Below the pieces are notes generated by a model, which did no database searches, was not told where the DNA came from, and saw only the letters and a list, made by a program, of their open reading frames with translations. Below are positions 39,101 to 47,531 of a stretch of DNA of 64,000 nt, in pieces. Position 1 is the first letter of the stretch. Each line of letters starts with the position of its first letter. The position numbers were made by a program, and so were the translations under genes. The stretch comes from an uncultured Rikenellaceae bacterium (GTDB lineage Bacteria > Bacteroidota > Bacteroidia > Bacteroidales > VadinHA17). Where the stretch lies: contig CAZWZQ010000002.1 of the NCBI GenBank assembly GCA_964638955.1, positions 2,883 through 66,882 on the forward strand, given 5' to 3'.

Positions 39101-40655
39101 AACTGGTAAGGTTAACATATCAGGCGAAACAAACAAACTGGTGCTCAAAGGTGCTCTGATGGTCGACAATGCTTCACTGAAAATAGACTACCTGCAAACG
39201 ATTTATACTTTCAGTGATTCTTTAAGATTTGATAAGAACAAAATTATTTTCAAAGATTTACGGATGACCGATGAAAGGGGGAATATTGCTCTACTGAATG
39301 GATCGGTTAATCATGACTATTTTAAGGATTACCGTTCCGATCTCATGATCACAACAAATAAGACTATGGTCATAAACACAAAACAAAAAGACAATGAATT
39401 ATTTTATGGAACGGTATTCGCAACAGGAGTGACGACTATTAAAAACAATGCTTCTGTCATCTCATTTGATATATCAGCAAAAACCGACAGAAATACCAGG
39501 TTCTATATTCCACTGAATACAACTGAAACAGTATCGGATTATTCTTACATAACATTCATTGACCATGATACTGTTCCCGAGACAGTGGCTTTACCACGAA
39601 AGTCCATTGAGAAACCTGATACGGAAACAAAACTAGATCTGAATATTGACCTGGAAGTGACACCTGATGCTGAGGTACAGCTGATCTTCGATTCAAAGAT
39701 AGGCGATGTGATGCAGGGACATGGTTCAGGTAATCTGAATATCAGCCTCAAACCTGATATGGATTTCAGGATTTCAGGAGATTACGTTATTGAGGATGGC
39801 GATTATCTCTTTACTCTTGGCAATATTTTTAACAAACCGTTCAGTGTTGAAAATGGAGGAACAATAAATTTCAACGGAGATATTGACGATGCCCAGATTG
39901 ACATAAAAGCTATATATAAGTTAAAGGCTTCACTGTATGAGATTCTCCAGGATGAAAGATATAATGAAAGGATTCCCGTTGAGTGCCAAATCAATCTTTC
40001 GGGCAACCTGTTCAACCCTGTTGTAGACCTTGATATATTTCTCCCGATGGCAGATGAAGCTACCAGAACCTACCTCAAGAACGTGATAACTACCGAAGAA
40101 GAGCTGAGCCGGCAGTTTCTGTATCTGCTTGTCATGAATAGTTTCTATTCAGATCCCTCTTATGGTTCATCTCTTACCGCAACAACAACAACAACAGGAA
40201 CATCAGCAATGGCTGTGACAACCACCGAAATGGTTTCAAATCAACTCAGTAACTGGGTATCGCAGATAAGTAATGATTTTGATATAGGATTTGTATACAG
40301 ACCAGGTTATAAAGATCTTAATTCCAATGAAGTACAACTCGCTCTTTCAACGCAGTTGCTGAACGACAAAGTAATAATAAACGGTAATTTTGATGTCAGG
40401 GGACCCGGAGAATCGGCCGACAATACCGACCAGCTTATAGGTGATTTCGATATAGAATATAAACTTGCCGAAAATATAAGGTTTAAAGTATTCAACAGAT
40501 TCAATAACCCTTACACAGGAAGACAGACAGATTATACCCAGGGATTAGGCGTTTTCGTCAAAAAGGATTTTGATAAGTTTTCTGACCTCTTCGGGAAAAA
40601 GATAAATTCAGATGTTAAAAAGGAGAAGGAACCGGTAGTTACCGGAGAGCAGTAA
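36183..40655 (+). CDS. tamB: Translocation/assembly module protein TamB (DUF490 C-terminus)
   Basis: 1490 aa with an N-terminal TM anchor, a long beta-rich body and a conserved C-terminal region. It is divergent from tsaD, as is typical in Bacteroidota. Confidence 0.8.
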   Translation: MVKSIKKSVKYILIFLGIIITLPTIFYFILRVPVVQTMLVRRITDHISEETRSSIMIGKVEFHFFNRLYMNDILIKDQNNDTLIYSQKISAGIRKIDFRKKAFRLGRVVIDSPVVSFAADSAGTLNIMWYIDKLRAPNDTLKKGKNTIDINQIDINNARFSLVTDKGAKSKAPIDLRNLHLADINCILEGFSIKDDTTSFNIYNLGFRESGGFKVKRMNSALILSRNYIRFNSAFMECDSTILNISHAGMKVDSSSSFRNFINDVRLDILLDRSMVGFSDLQYFAPFVSKINESVWISGKILGTISELRGRNIEVSCLDDTYLDCDFDFSGLPEIENSFIYFGINDFRSNAEDIEKVNISGNGPVKLPDFIHKLGTISFDGTFTGFTTDFVAYGKIRSDQGLLKTDISMRPEESNRFRVNGLITASDIALGYLLEQPEMMGNLSMNANIDGIAYSLKRFSGDLSGLIDSIEINNYKYRNIGLNGSFTEKTWDGSVNISENNIRMDLLGMFNFNRELPEFDFTLNLANADLYKLNFDKTDTTSSLSMLLTANIKGSNIDNVDGEIKLLNSSLKKYGNILELYNFSINTFIENELPAISLRTDYIDADLRGYYDFSGLGAMFKKTLSSVMPSHFNEPVPDSDDLPNYFTFNINFKNTDKLNSFFKTGLLISENSYLNGEILTDSIMKIKGEAKALSIGSNTFNDLKIEGNLIVPGLYLGLESSSLNLLGQSDLKGFTVNLNSISDTLLFNLNWDNEEKILNRGNFTASGIISDNINNDPFLIIDIDSSAIYTHNNLWKISRSIIALDSTSININNLNISNKAHHFLIDGTVSEDPADTLHIEFEGIDISPLNVLAGKKKENDRIPMGLKGNLNGNIVFTNNYNNPLLESDLKVSDFSMLDSDYGDLSVKSVWDHENGLLNIDAGNNLGGEKMLGITGSYNPATRKINLDGMADKLPIDGMNRLLGVFASDIKGTVTGKVNISGETNKLVLKGALMVDNASLKIDYLQTIYTFSDSLRFDKNKIIFKDLRMTDERGNIALLNGSVNHDYFKDYRSDLMITTNKTMVINTKQKDNELFYGTVFATGVTTIKNNASVISFDISAKTDRNTRFYIPLNTTETVSDYSYITFIDHDTVPETVALPRKSIEKPDTETKLDLNIDLEVTPDAEVQLIFDSKIGDVMQGHGSGNLNISLKPDMDFRISGDYVIEDGDYLFTLGNIFNKPFSVENGGTINFNGDIDDAQIDIKAIYKLKASLYEILQDERYNERIPVECQINLSGNLFNPVVDLDIFLPMADEATRTYLKNVITTEEELSRQFLYLLVMNSFYSDPSYGSSLTATTTTTGTSAMAVTTTEMVSNQLSNWVSQISNDFDIGFVYRPGYKDLNSNEVQLALSTQLLNDKVIINGNFDVRGPGESADNTDQLIGDFDIEYKLAENIRFKVFNRFNNPYTGRQTDYTQGLGVFVKKDFDKFSDLFGKKINSDVKKEKEPVVTGEQ

Positions 40656-40820
40656 TTATCTCACCATTATTACATTCAAATGACAGTATGTAGTTAATAA
40701 ATAATAAAGCTTTGTTACTAACCGCATATAATAGAATACTCTGGAAATACGTTTTTTAATATCTTCACACTTGAATTAAACTTGCTTTTTGGCAAAACGA
40801 AACGATTTAATAAATAAGAT

Positions 40821-41516
40821 ATGGGATTCTTACAATTCATTTTACAGCAGGATGTAACAGCTCCTGTTGAGACCGCAGGTGATATGGACCTGACAATACT
40901 TGATTTCGCTATCAAGGGAGGATGGATGATGATACCTATCATACTTCTCTCTTTTATTGCAGCATATATCTTCATTGAAAGATACTATGTCATAAGAAAT
41001 GCCACTAAGGAGGATCAGAACTTCATGAACAGAATCAAGGATTATATCCATGACGGTAAGATTGAAGCAGCACTGGCCCTGTGCCGGTCAACTGACAGCC
41101 CCTCTGCAAGGATGGTGGAAAAGGGTATCTCAAGACTTGGAAGACCTTTACAGGACATTACCACAGCTATCGAAAATGTCGGGAAGCTTGAAATAGCAAA
41201 GCTTGAAAAAAGCTTTCCCACACTGGCAACTATATCCGGAGCAGAACCAATGCTCGGATTCCTTGGAACCGTAATAGGTATGGTACGATCCTTCTATGCA
41301 ATGTCGCAGGCAGGTAACAATATTGAAGTGTCATTGCTCTCTGACGGTATATATACTGCTCTCATTACCACAGCTGCAGGACTTATTATTGGGATACTCG
41401 GGTATTTTGCTTACAATACACTGGTTGTGAGAGTGGAAAGGGTTGTTTTCAGGCTTGAGGCAACACTTACCGAGTTTATGGACATATTAAATGAACCTGT
41501 AAAAACAAACCGTTAA
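40821..41516 (+). CDS. exbB: MotA/TolQ/ExbB proton channel protein
   Basis: 231 aa with three TM helices and the motif PMLGFLGTVIGM. An alternative start lies at 40884 (MDLTILDF). Confidence 0.85.
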   Translation: MGFLQFILQQDVTAPVETAGDMDLTILDFAIKGGWMMIPIILLSFIAAYIFIERYYVIRNATKEDQNFMNRIKDYIHDGKIEAALALCRSTDSPSARMVEKGISRLGRPLQDITTAIENVGKLEIAKLEKSFPTLATISGAEPMLGFLGTVIGMVRSFYAMSQAGNNIEVSLLSDGIYTALITTAAGLIIGILGYFAYNTLVVRVERVVFRLEATLTEFMDILNEPVKTNR

Positions 41517-41517
41517 A

Positions 41518-41910
41518 ATGGCAATCGCAAATAGAAATAAGATCAGTGTAAGCTTCAGTTCGGTAGGTATGACTGATGTTGTATTTAATCTATTGATTTT
41601 CTTTATGTTAACATCAACACTGGTACATCCTACGGCATTGAAACTCCTTCTTCCGAAGGGGAGTGCCCAGACATCGGCCAAACCCCAGACAACGGTTTCA
41701 ATAACGGCTGATCAAAGATACTTTGTTGAACAACAGCCGGTTACTTTAACAGAGCTTGAAGAAGTATTATATCAAAAGCTCGGCAGTAATCCTGACACAT
41801 ATATTTCACTTCACGCCGACAAAACAGTTCCGTTTGAAAGTGTGGTTCAGGTACTCAATATAGCACAGGCAAATAATTACAAGCTGATAATTGCGACGAC
41901 ACCCAGATAA
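41518..41910 (+). CDS. exbD: ExbD/TolR biopolymer transport protein
   Basis: 130 aa with a single TM helix (MTDVVFNLLIFFML) and an ExbD periplasmic domain. Confidence 0.85.
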   Translation: MAIANRNKISVSFSSVGMTDVVFNLLIFFMLTSTLVHPTALKLLLPKGSAQTSAKPQTTVSITADQRYFVEQQPVTLTELEEVLYQKLGSNPDTYISLHADKTVPFESVVQVLNIAQANNYKLIIATTPR

Positions 41911-42784
41911 CGACCTTTACAGCTTTCCTTCAGAACGCGGGAAAGGGATTACCGGAACAATATTGATCCATCTTGTTGCACTGGTATTGTGTGTACTTTT
42001 GGGTTTTTCGGTCCCGCCACCACCTGAATATGAAGAAGGAATAATAGTCAATTTCGGTACTGATGAGACGGGACTGGGTATGATTGAACCATCTCCGCCG
42101 GCATTCCGGGAAGAGGCATCACCTCCTCCATCATCTGAGCCTGAAGTTTTCACGGATGAAGAGCCGTTGCTGACACAGGACGATGAGGAGGCGCCTGAAG
42201 TAAAAAAAGTTGACCCGGAAGCCGAAAAAAAGAGACTTGAACAAATTGAGGCCGAAAGAATAAGGAAAGAACAGGTTGAGGCCGAAAGAATACGAAAAGA
42301 GCAGGAGGAAATTGAAAGAAAAAGGATTGAAGCCGAACAGCTGAGGCAGACAGAAATTATGGATCGCACAAGAAAGGCTCTCGAGGGTTCAAAAAATGCA
42401 GGGACATCAACAACAGGGGAAGGAGTGGCCGGAGGTGAAGGAAACCAGGGTGTTCCCTCCGGTTCTGTTGACTCACAAAACCGAGGTGAAGGTGGTGGTA
42501 CAGGTAACAGTGGAATATCATACGACCTTGCCGGAAGGGGATTCCAAAAACTGCCCCTGCCTGAATATGATTACCAGGGTGAGGGGAAAGTTGTTGTGGA
42601 AGTTAGCGTTGACAGATCCGGGAAGGTTATACAGGCCGTACCGGGAATAAAGGGTTCAAGCACTCTTGATGAATATCTCCTGAAGGTTGCCAAAGAAGCA
42701 GCATTGAAAGCTCGGTTCGACATTAAACAGGATGCTCCCCTTGTCCAGAAGGGGACAATAACATACAATTTTATACTCAGGTAA
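41891..42784 (+). CDS. tonB: TonB-family energy transducer
   Basis: 297 aa. It has a TM anchor, a Pro/Glu-rich spacer and the C-terminal TonB fold GKVVVEVSVDRSGKVIQAV...GTITYNFIL. It appears to use a TTG start directly after an in-frame TGA TAA, overlapping exbD by 20 nt, so the start is uncertain. Confidence 0.75.
   Translation: MRRHPDNDLYSFPSERGKGITGTILIHLVALVLCVLLGFSVPPPPEYEEGIIVNFGTDETGLGMIEPSPPAFREEASPPPSSEPEVFTDEEPLLTQDDEEAPEVKKVDPEAEKKRLEQIEAERIRKEQVEAERIRKEQEEIERKRIEAEQLRQTEIMDRTRKALEGSKNAGTSTTGEGVAGGEGNQGVPSGSVDSQNRGEGGGTGNSGISYDLAGRGFQKLPLPEYDYQGEGKVVVEVSVDRSGKVIQAVPGIKGSSTLDEYLLKVAKEAALKARFDIKQDAPLVQKGTITYNFILR
42246..42305. repeat. 30-bp tandem duplication (27/30 identical) inside tonB, encoding EAERIRKEQ(V/E)
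   Basis: TTGAGGCCGAAAGAATAAGGAAAGAACAGG followed by TTGAGGCCGAAAGAATACGAAAAGAGCAGG, read directly from the sequence. Confidence 0.85.
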
Positions 42785-42787
42785 TAA

Positions 42788-43177
42788 TCAGGCTATTCTT
42801 TCGAAAATCTCATCTATCGCATTGTGCAGGTTATTAATGAGGTCATTGTCCTTGATGACATAATTATCAATACCTTTTCTTGCCAGTTCAAGAACCACTT
42901 CACCCTTATCCTGCCCTGAAAGCATGATCACAGGCGTATCGGGTTTTAATTCCTTGATCTTATCCAGTACCTGCATTCCGTTCATAAACTCCTTGTTATT
43001 TTTAACAAACAGATAGTCAAGGATCACCAGGTCAGGATTTTTATTAAGCGCTTCGAGGCAATCTTCACCTGTTTCAAATGCTTCAAGTTCATATTTATCA
43101 GATGTCAACCTCTTAATAACTAGTGTATTAATAAAGGTGTCATCATCAACAACGAAAATTAGTTTTTTGCTATCCAT
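42788..43177 (-). CDS. Stand-alone response regulator receiver domain (CheY-like)
   Basis: 129 aa. The acidic pocket is VVDDD, the phospho-acceptor context is DLVILDYLF, and PVIMLSG is present. There is no output domain. Confidence 0.85.
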   Translation of the reverse strand: MDSKKLIFVVDDDTFINTLVIKRLTSDKYELEAFETGEDCLEALNKNPDLVILDYLFVKNNKEFMNGMQVLDKIKELKPDTPVIMLSGQDKGEVVLELARKGIDNYVIKDNDLINNLHNAIDEIFERIA

Positions 43178-43261
43178 TACTGAAATATGCTAACAACGGA
43201 CCGATGTAAAAATACAAAAAAAACAAAATAATAAAAAATTACTGTTCATCTTATTATTATG

Positions 43262-44542
43262 TTACATTGCAAAAAGAGGATATGGTTTCATCATTTTTAC
43301 AATCTTCTCTCCTACTGCTGATATTACAGACTCATCCTCAATATTGGAAATTACCTCATCAATCAGGTCAACAATAACTCCCATATTTTCTTCCTTCATA
43401 CCTCTGGTTGTAATTGCCGGCGTACCAATCCTCAGCCCTGAAGTAAGGAAAGGTGAACGGCTGTCGAATGGTACCATGTTTTTATTTATAGTGATATGTG
43501 CACGCACAAGTGTATTCTCCACCATCTTTCCGGTAATATCAGGGAACTTTGTTCTCAGGTCAATAAGCATGAGATGGTTATCAGTGCCATTTGAGATTAC
43601 CTTATAGCCTTCATCAATAAAGGCCTGAGCCATTACTGATGCATTCTTTACGACCTGTGCCTGGTATTCCCTGAATTTCGGATCGAGAGCCTCTCCAAAC
43701 GAGACTGCCTTGGAAGCAATGACATGCTCGAGCGGTCCGCCCTGGACACCCGGAAAAACTGCCGAGTTAAGGAGTGAAGACATCATTCTGACTTCACCTT
43801 TTTGTGATGTTATACCCCATGGATTAACGAAATCTTTACCCATCAATATTATTCCGCCACGGGGACCTCTCAGTGTTTTATGTGTTGTAGATGTTACTAT
43901 GTGTGCATATTTCAGCGGATTTTCAAGCAGGCCGGCTGCTATTATTCCAGCCGGATGTGCCATGTCGACCATAAGAATCGCTCCGATCATATCAGCTATC
44001 TTACGCATTCTCTCATAATCCCATTCGCGTGAATAAGCTGAGGCTCCGCCTATGATCATCTTAGGCTTTTCCCTGAGTGCAATCTCCTCCATCATGTCAT
44101 AATCGACCATCCCGGTATCCTCTTTCACGCCATATGCAACAGGCCGGTAAAGTATCCCTGATGAATTTACCGGCGACCCGTGGGACAGGTGTCCTCCATG
44201 CGAAAGATCTAATCCCAGGAAAGTATCTCCAGGTTTTAGAACAGTCATAAAAACAGCCATATTAGCCTGGGCACCGGAATGAGGCTGCACATTGACATAT
44301 TCAGCATTGAAGAGCTGCTTCAGCCTGTCAATAGCTGCCTGCTCCGTCTGATCAACAATTTCACATCCGCCATAATAGCGACGACCCGGATAACCTTCAG
44401 CATATTTGTTTGTCAAAACCGACCCCATCGCTTCAAGCACCTGGGGACTCACAAAATTCTCGGAAGCTATGAGCTCTATGCCGTTAAGCTGCCGCTGCCG
44501 CTCCTTTTCAATAAGATCAAAAACAAAAGTGTCTCTTTCCAT
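43262..44542 (-). CDS. glyA: Serine hydroxymethyltransferase
   Basis: 426 aa. The PLP-lysine motif is [14 protein letters not shown] and the N-terminus reads [10 protein letters not shown]. Confidence 0.95.
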   Translation of the reverse strand: MERDTFVFDLIEKERQRQLNGIELIASENFVSPQVLEAMGSVLTNKYAEGYPGRRYYGGCEIVDQTEQAAIDRLKQLFNAEYVNVQPHSGAQANMAVFMTVLKPGDTFLGLDLSHGGHLSHGSPVNSSGILYRPVAYGVKEDTGMVDYDMMEEIALREKPKMIIGGASAYSREWDYERMRKIADMIGAILMVDMAHPAGIIAAGLLENPLKYAHIVTSTTHKTLRGPRGGIILMGKDFVNPWGITSQKGEVRMMSSLLNSAVFPGVQGGPLEHVIASKAVSFGEALDPKFREYQAQVVKNASVMAQAFIDEGYKVISNGTDNHLMLIDLRTKFPDITGKMVENTLVRAHITINKNMVPFDSRSPFLTSGLRIGTPAITTRGMKEENMGVIVDLIDEVISNIEDESVISAVGEKIVKMMKPYPLFAM

Positions 44543-44567
44543 AATGATTTAATTTATATTTTATTCT

Positions 44568-44906
44568 TCAGTAAACTGAACCAGTAATTCGCGATAAGTC
44601 GTGTATATCCTTGATAAGGACCCTGCTTATCCCATGGCTTATGTTATCTTTCACCAGGTACTTTACAAACAGTAAGGCCAACAACATTCCGAAAAGAGGA
44701 TAGGCCAGATAGAGATAACTGCCTGATTCACTGGTTATTCCTCTTGTAAGTATCTGGTGTGTATAATGAATGGCATTTTTCAGAATTACAGCGGCAAATG
44801 CGCTTAAAAGCCCGACCGCAAAGCTAAGCATATATACCAGTTTAGCCTGATCGATGCGTTCAAAACGTGGATGGAGAATATTCCTGAAAAATCTGGTCCT
44901 GAACAT
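44568..44906 (-). pseudogene. Truncated ClC voltage-gated chloride channel / H+-Cl- antiporter (N-terminal ~95 aa only)
   Basis: The 112-aa ORF resembles remembered Bacteroidota ClC N-termini (LSFAVGLLSAFAAVILKNAIHYTHQIL...YLYLAYPLFGMLLALLFVKYLVKDNISHGISRVL). It then diverges and stops 25 nt before the glyA start. Full-length ClC proteins are about 590 aa. Confidence 0.55.
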
Positions 44907-45008
44907 AGCGATACAAATATAAAAACATTACTGCTGCTTCACAGTTTTTTGCTTAAGTTTGTCAGCCTGTAAAAAGGTGAAGTCCAGGCAACCGGTAGTA
45001 ATTGATAT

Positions 45009-46253
45009 ATGATAGATTACAGCAGATATACTCTTGATAATGGACTAAAGGTCCTTGTACATGAAGACAGGTCGACACCTCTTGTCGCCATGAATATACT
45101 CTATTATGTGGGATCAAAGGATGAAGGACCGGGGTCAACAGGACTGGCACATCTGTTTGAACATCTGATGTTCGGGGGTACTGCAAGAATTCCGGATTTT
45201 GACAGGCATCTGCTTTTAGCCGGAGGAGAGAACAATGCATTCACCAATACCGATATTACAGATTATTATATTACTCTTCCGTCGGAAAATATTGAAACTG
45301 CTTTCTGGCTCGAATCAGACAGGATGAACCTTCTCGATTTCTCGCAGAGAAATCTCGACATACAAAAAAATGTTGTAATCGAAGAATTTTATCAACGTTA
45401 TTTGAACCAGCCTTATGGAGACGCAATGCTTCTGCTCAGGCCTCTTGTCTACAAGATACATCCGTACCGTTGGCCGGCAATAGGTATGGACATTTCACAT
45501 ATCAGGAATGCAGATCAGGAAAAAGTAACGGGATTCTTCTTCTCTCATTATGCACCAAATAATTCTATCCTGACCCTGACAGGAAATATAACCTGTGGTC
45601 GTGGCATCAGCCTGGCAGAGAAATGGTTCGGAAAGATTGAAAAAAGAGCTGTGAGACCGAAAACAGTGCCATCCGAGCCGGTGCAGACCGAAGCAAGAAT
45701 GTTGACTGTGGAAAGAGAGGTTCCTGCCGATGCTTTATATATGGCATGGCATACCGGACCTCGCTGCAGCGATGATTTTTACACTCTGGACTTATTGACA
45801 GATATTCTTTCCGGAGGAGAATCAGGCAGACTCCATACAAAACTTGTAAGGCAGAAAAAACTGTTCAGCGAGATAAACGCCTATGTTACATCTGATGTTG
45901 ATCCGGGCCTCATTATTTTACATGGCAAATTGATGAAAGATGTTGATATCCGTCATGCCGAAGAATCTGTAAATAAAGTAATTGACACTCTCAAACGCTC
46001 CTGTCCTCCTCCCCTCGAGATGGAAAAGGTCAGGAACAGGTATGAATCCTCAAATGTCTTTGCTAACACCAATATTCTTAATAAAGCAATGAATCTTGCT
46101 TTTTACGAGCTGATAGGTAATCCTGATCTTATAAATGATGAGGTTGATATTTACAAAAAAATTGACAGTATGATGGTAACGGAAGCAGCCCGGAAGTATC
46201 TCGATCCGTCAAACTGCAGTATCCTTTACTACAAATCGGCAAGAAGAAAGTAA
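45009..46253 (+). CDS. M16 family (pitrilysin/insulinase) zinc peptidase, catalytic subunit
   Basis: 414 aa with the inverted zinc motif HLFEHLMFGG (HxxEH). Confidence 0.85.
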   Translation: MIDYSRYTLDNGLKVLVHEDRSTPLVAMNILYYVGSKDEGPGSTGLAHLFEHLMFGGTARIPDFDRHLLLAGGENNAFTNTDITDYYITLPSENIETAFWLESDRMNLLDFSQRNLDIQKNVVIEEFYQRYLNQPYGDAMLLLRPLVYKIHPYRWPAIGMDISHIRNADQEKVTGFFFSHYAPNNSILTLTGNITCGRGISLAEKWFGKIEKRAVRPKTVPSEPVQTEARMLTVEREVPADALYMAWHTGPRCSDDFYTLDLLTDILSGGESGRLHTKLVRQKKLFSEINAYVTSDVDPGLIILHGKLMKDVDIRHAEESVNKVIDTLKRSCPPPLEMEKVRNRYESSNVFANTNILNKAMNLAFYELIGNPDLINDEVDIYKKIDSMMVTEAARKYLDPSNCSILYYKSARRK

Positions 46254-46254
46254 A

Positions 46255-47529
46255 ATGAATATTATATTTCCACCAAAACCACAAGTTGTGCCGGTTAATC
46301 CGGGGAAGATCCGGAATCCTGCCAGGGTACTACTAAACAACGGCACTCCGGTTTATATGATAGAAGCTGGCACTGAGGATATTATGCGGATCGATTTTAC
46401 TTTCGATGCAGGAGAGGCTCAGGAATATCTGCCACTGCTTGCATCCACAACAAATATGATGCTTACGGAGGGATCCCGCAATTACAGTTCTCAGGAACTA
46501 AATAAAATACTCGATTTCCACGGTGCATTTTACAACCTGTATGCAGAAAAAGACCGCGCTGGTCTCATCATCTTTTTTATAACCAGACATATTGAAAAGA
46601 TACTTGAGCTTGCCGGGGAAATTGTCTTTCGGCCTCTTTTCCCTGGTACCGAACTTAAAGCATTGATGAAAAAACGTTTACGGTGGTATCTTGTGAACAG
46701 GGAAAAGGTGAATAATCTCGCCATGGAACATTTTTTTAAATCAATTTTCGGAAATCATCATCCATATGGCAGGCAGATAGTCCCTGAGGATTTCGAGAAC
46801 ATGAATCCGCCCCTCCTGAAAGATTTTCATGCTGCAAATTATACTCCCGAAAAACTGGCCATTATAATATCAGGCAAAATACACGGGAGGACCCTTGATC
46901 TTTTAAACGGGCATTTTGGTGAAAATTTTGCAAGTGATGTTTATATAGAAGAATCACATAATTTATTGAAAGCAAGTGAAAACAGAAGAACCCATATAAA
47001 GAAACCGGGGGCAGTACAAACAGCTGTCAGAATTGGATGTCCTGCAATAAATAAATGCCATCCCGATTATCCGGGACTGAAGATATTAAATGTGATACTT
47101 GGTGGATATTTTAACTCAAGGCTGATGAAAAACATCAGGGAAGATAAAGGTCTGACATACGGAATACATTCAATGGTCTCATCACTCATTCTCAGCGGTT
47201 TTAATATTATTTCCACTGAAGTGAGTAAAAAAAGTACTCAAAAAGCAATTGATGAGATATATAGTGAAATAAGACGATTACAGAGTGAGCCTGTTGAAAA
47301 AGAGGAGCTCACAATAGTCAGAAACTATATGCTTGGAGAGATGGTGAGGATGTTTGACGGACCTTTTGCTCTGGCAGAAAGCTTCAGATCGGCATGGGAG
47401 TTCGGACTTGATACTTCCTATTATGACACGCTGATCAAAAAAATAAGAACTATTACTCCTGATGAAATAACAGCATTAGCCGGTACGTATTATAATATTG
47501 AAAAGCTTCATGAAATAACGGCAGGATAA
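46255..47529 (+). CDS. M16 family peptidase-like protein lacking the HxxEH motif (non-catalytic partner)
   Basis: 424 aa of M16 architecture. It is separated by 1 nt from the upstream M16 gene, and no HxxEH motif is seen. Confidence 0.8.
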   Translation: MNIIFPPKPQVVPVNPGKIRNPARVLLNNGTPVYMIEAGTEDIMRIDFTFDAGEAQEYLPLLASTTNMMLTEGSRNYSSQELNKILDFHGAFYNLYAEKDRAGLIIFFITRHIEKILELAGEIVFRPLFPGTELKALMKKRLRWYLVNREKVNNLAMEHFFKSIFGNHHPYGRQIVPEDFENMNPPLLKDFHAANYTPEKLAIIISGKIHGRTLDLLNGHFGENFASDVYIEESHNLLKASENRRTHIKKPGAVQTAVRIGCPAINKCHPDYPGLKILNVILGGYFNSRLMKNIREDKGLTYGIHSMVSSLILSGFNIISTEVSKKSTQKAIDEIYSEIRRLQSEPVEKEELTIVRNYMLGEMVRMFDGPFALAESFRSAWEFGLDTSYYDTLIKKIRTITPDEITALAGTYYNIEKLHEITAG

Positions 47530-47531
47530 AA

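Noticed and set aside
41917-42369. 150-aa minus-strand Ser-rich ORF
   Set aside because: It is antisense to the Glu/Pro-rich TonB spacer and is a low-complexity mirror of it.
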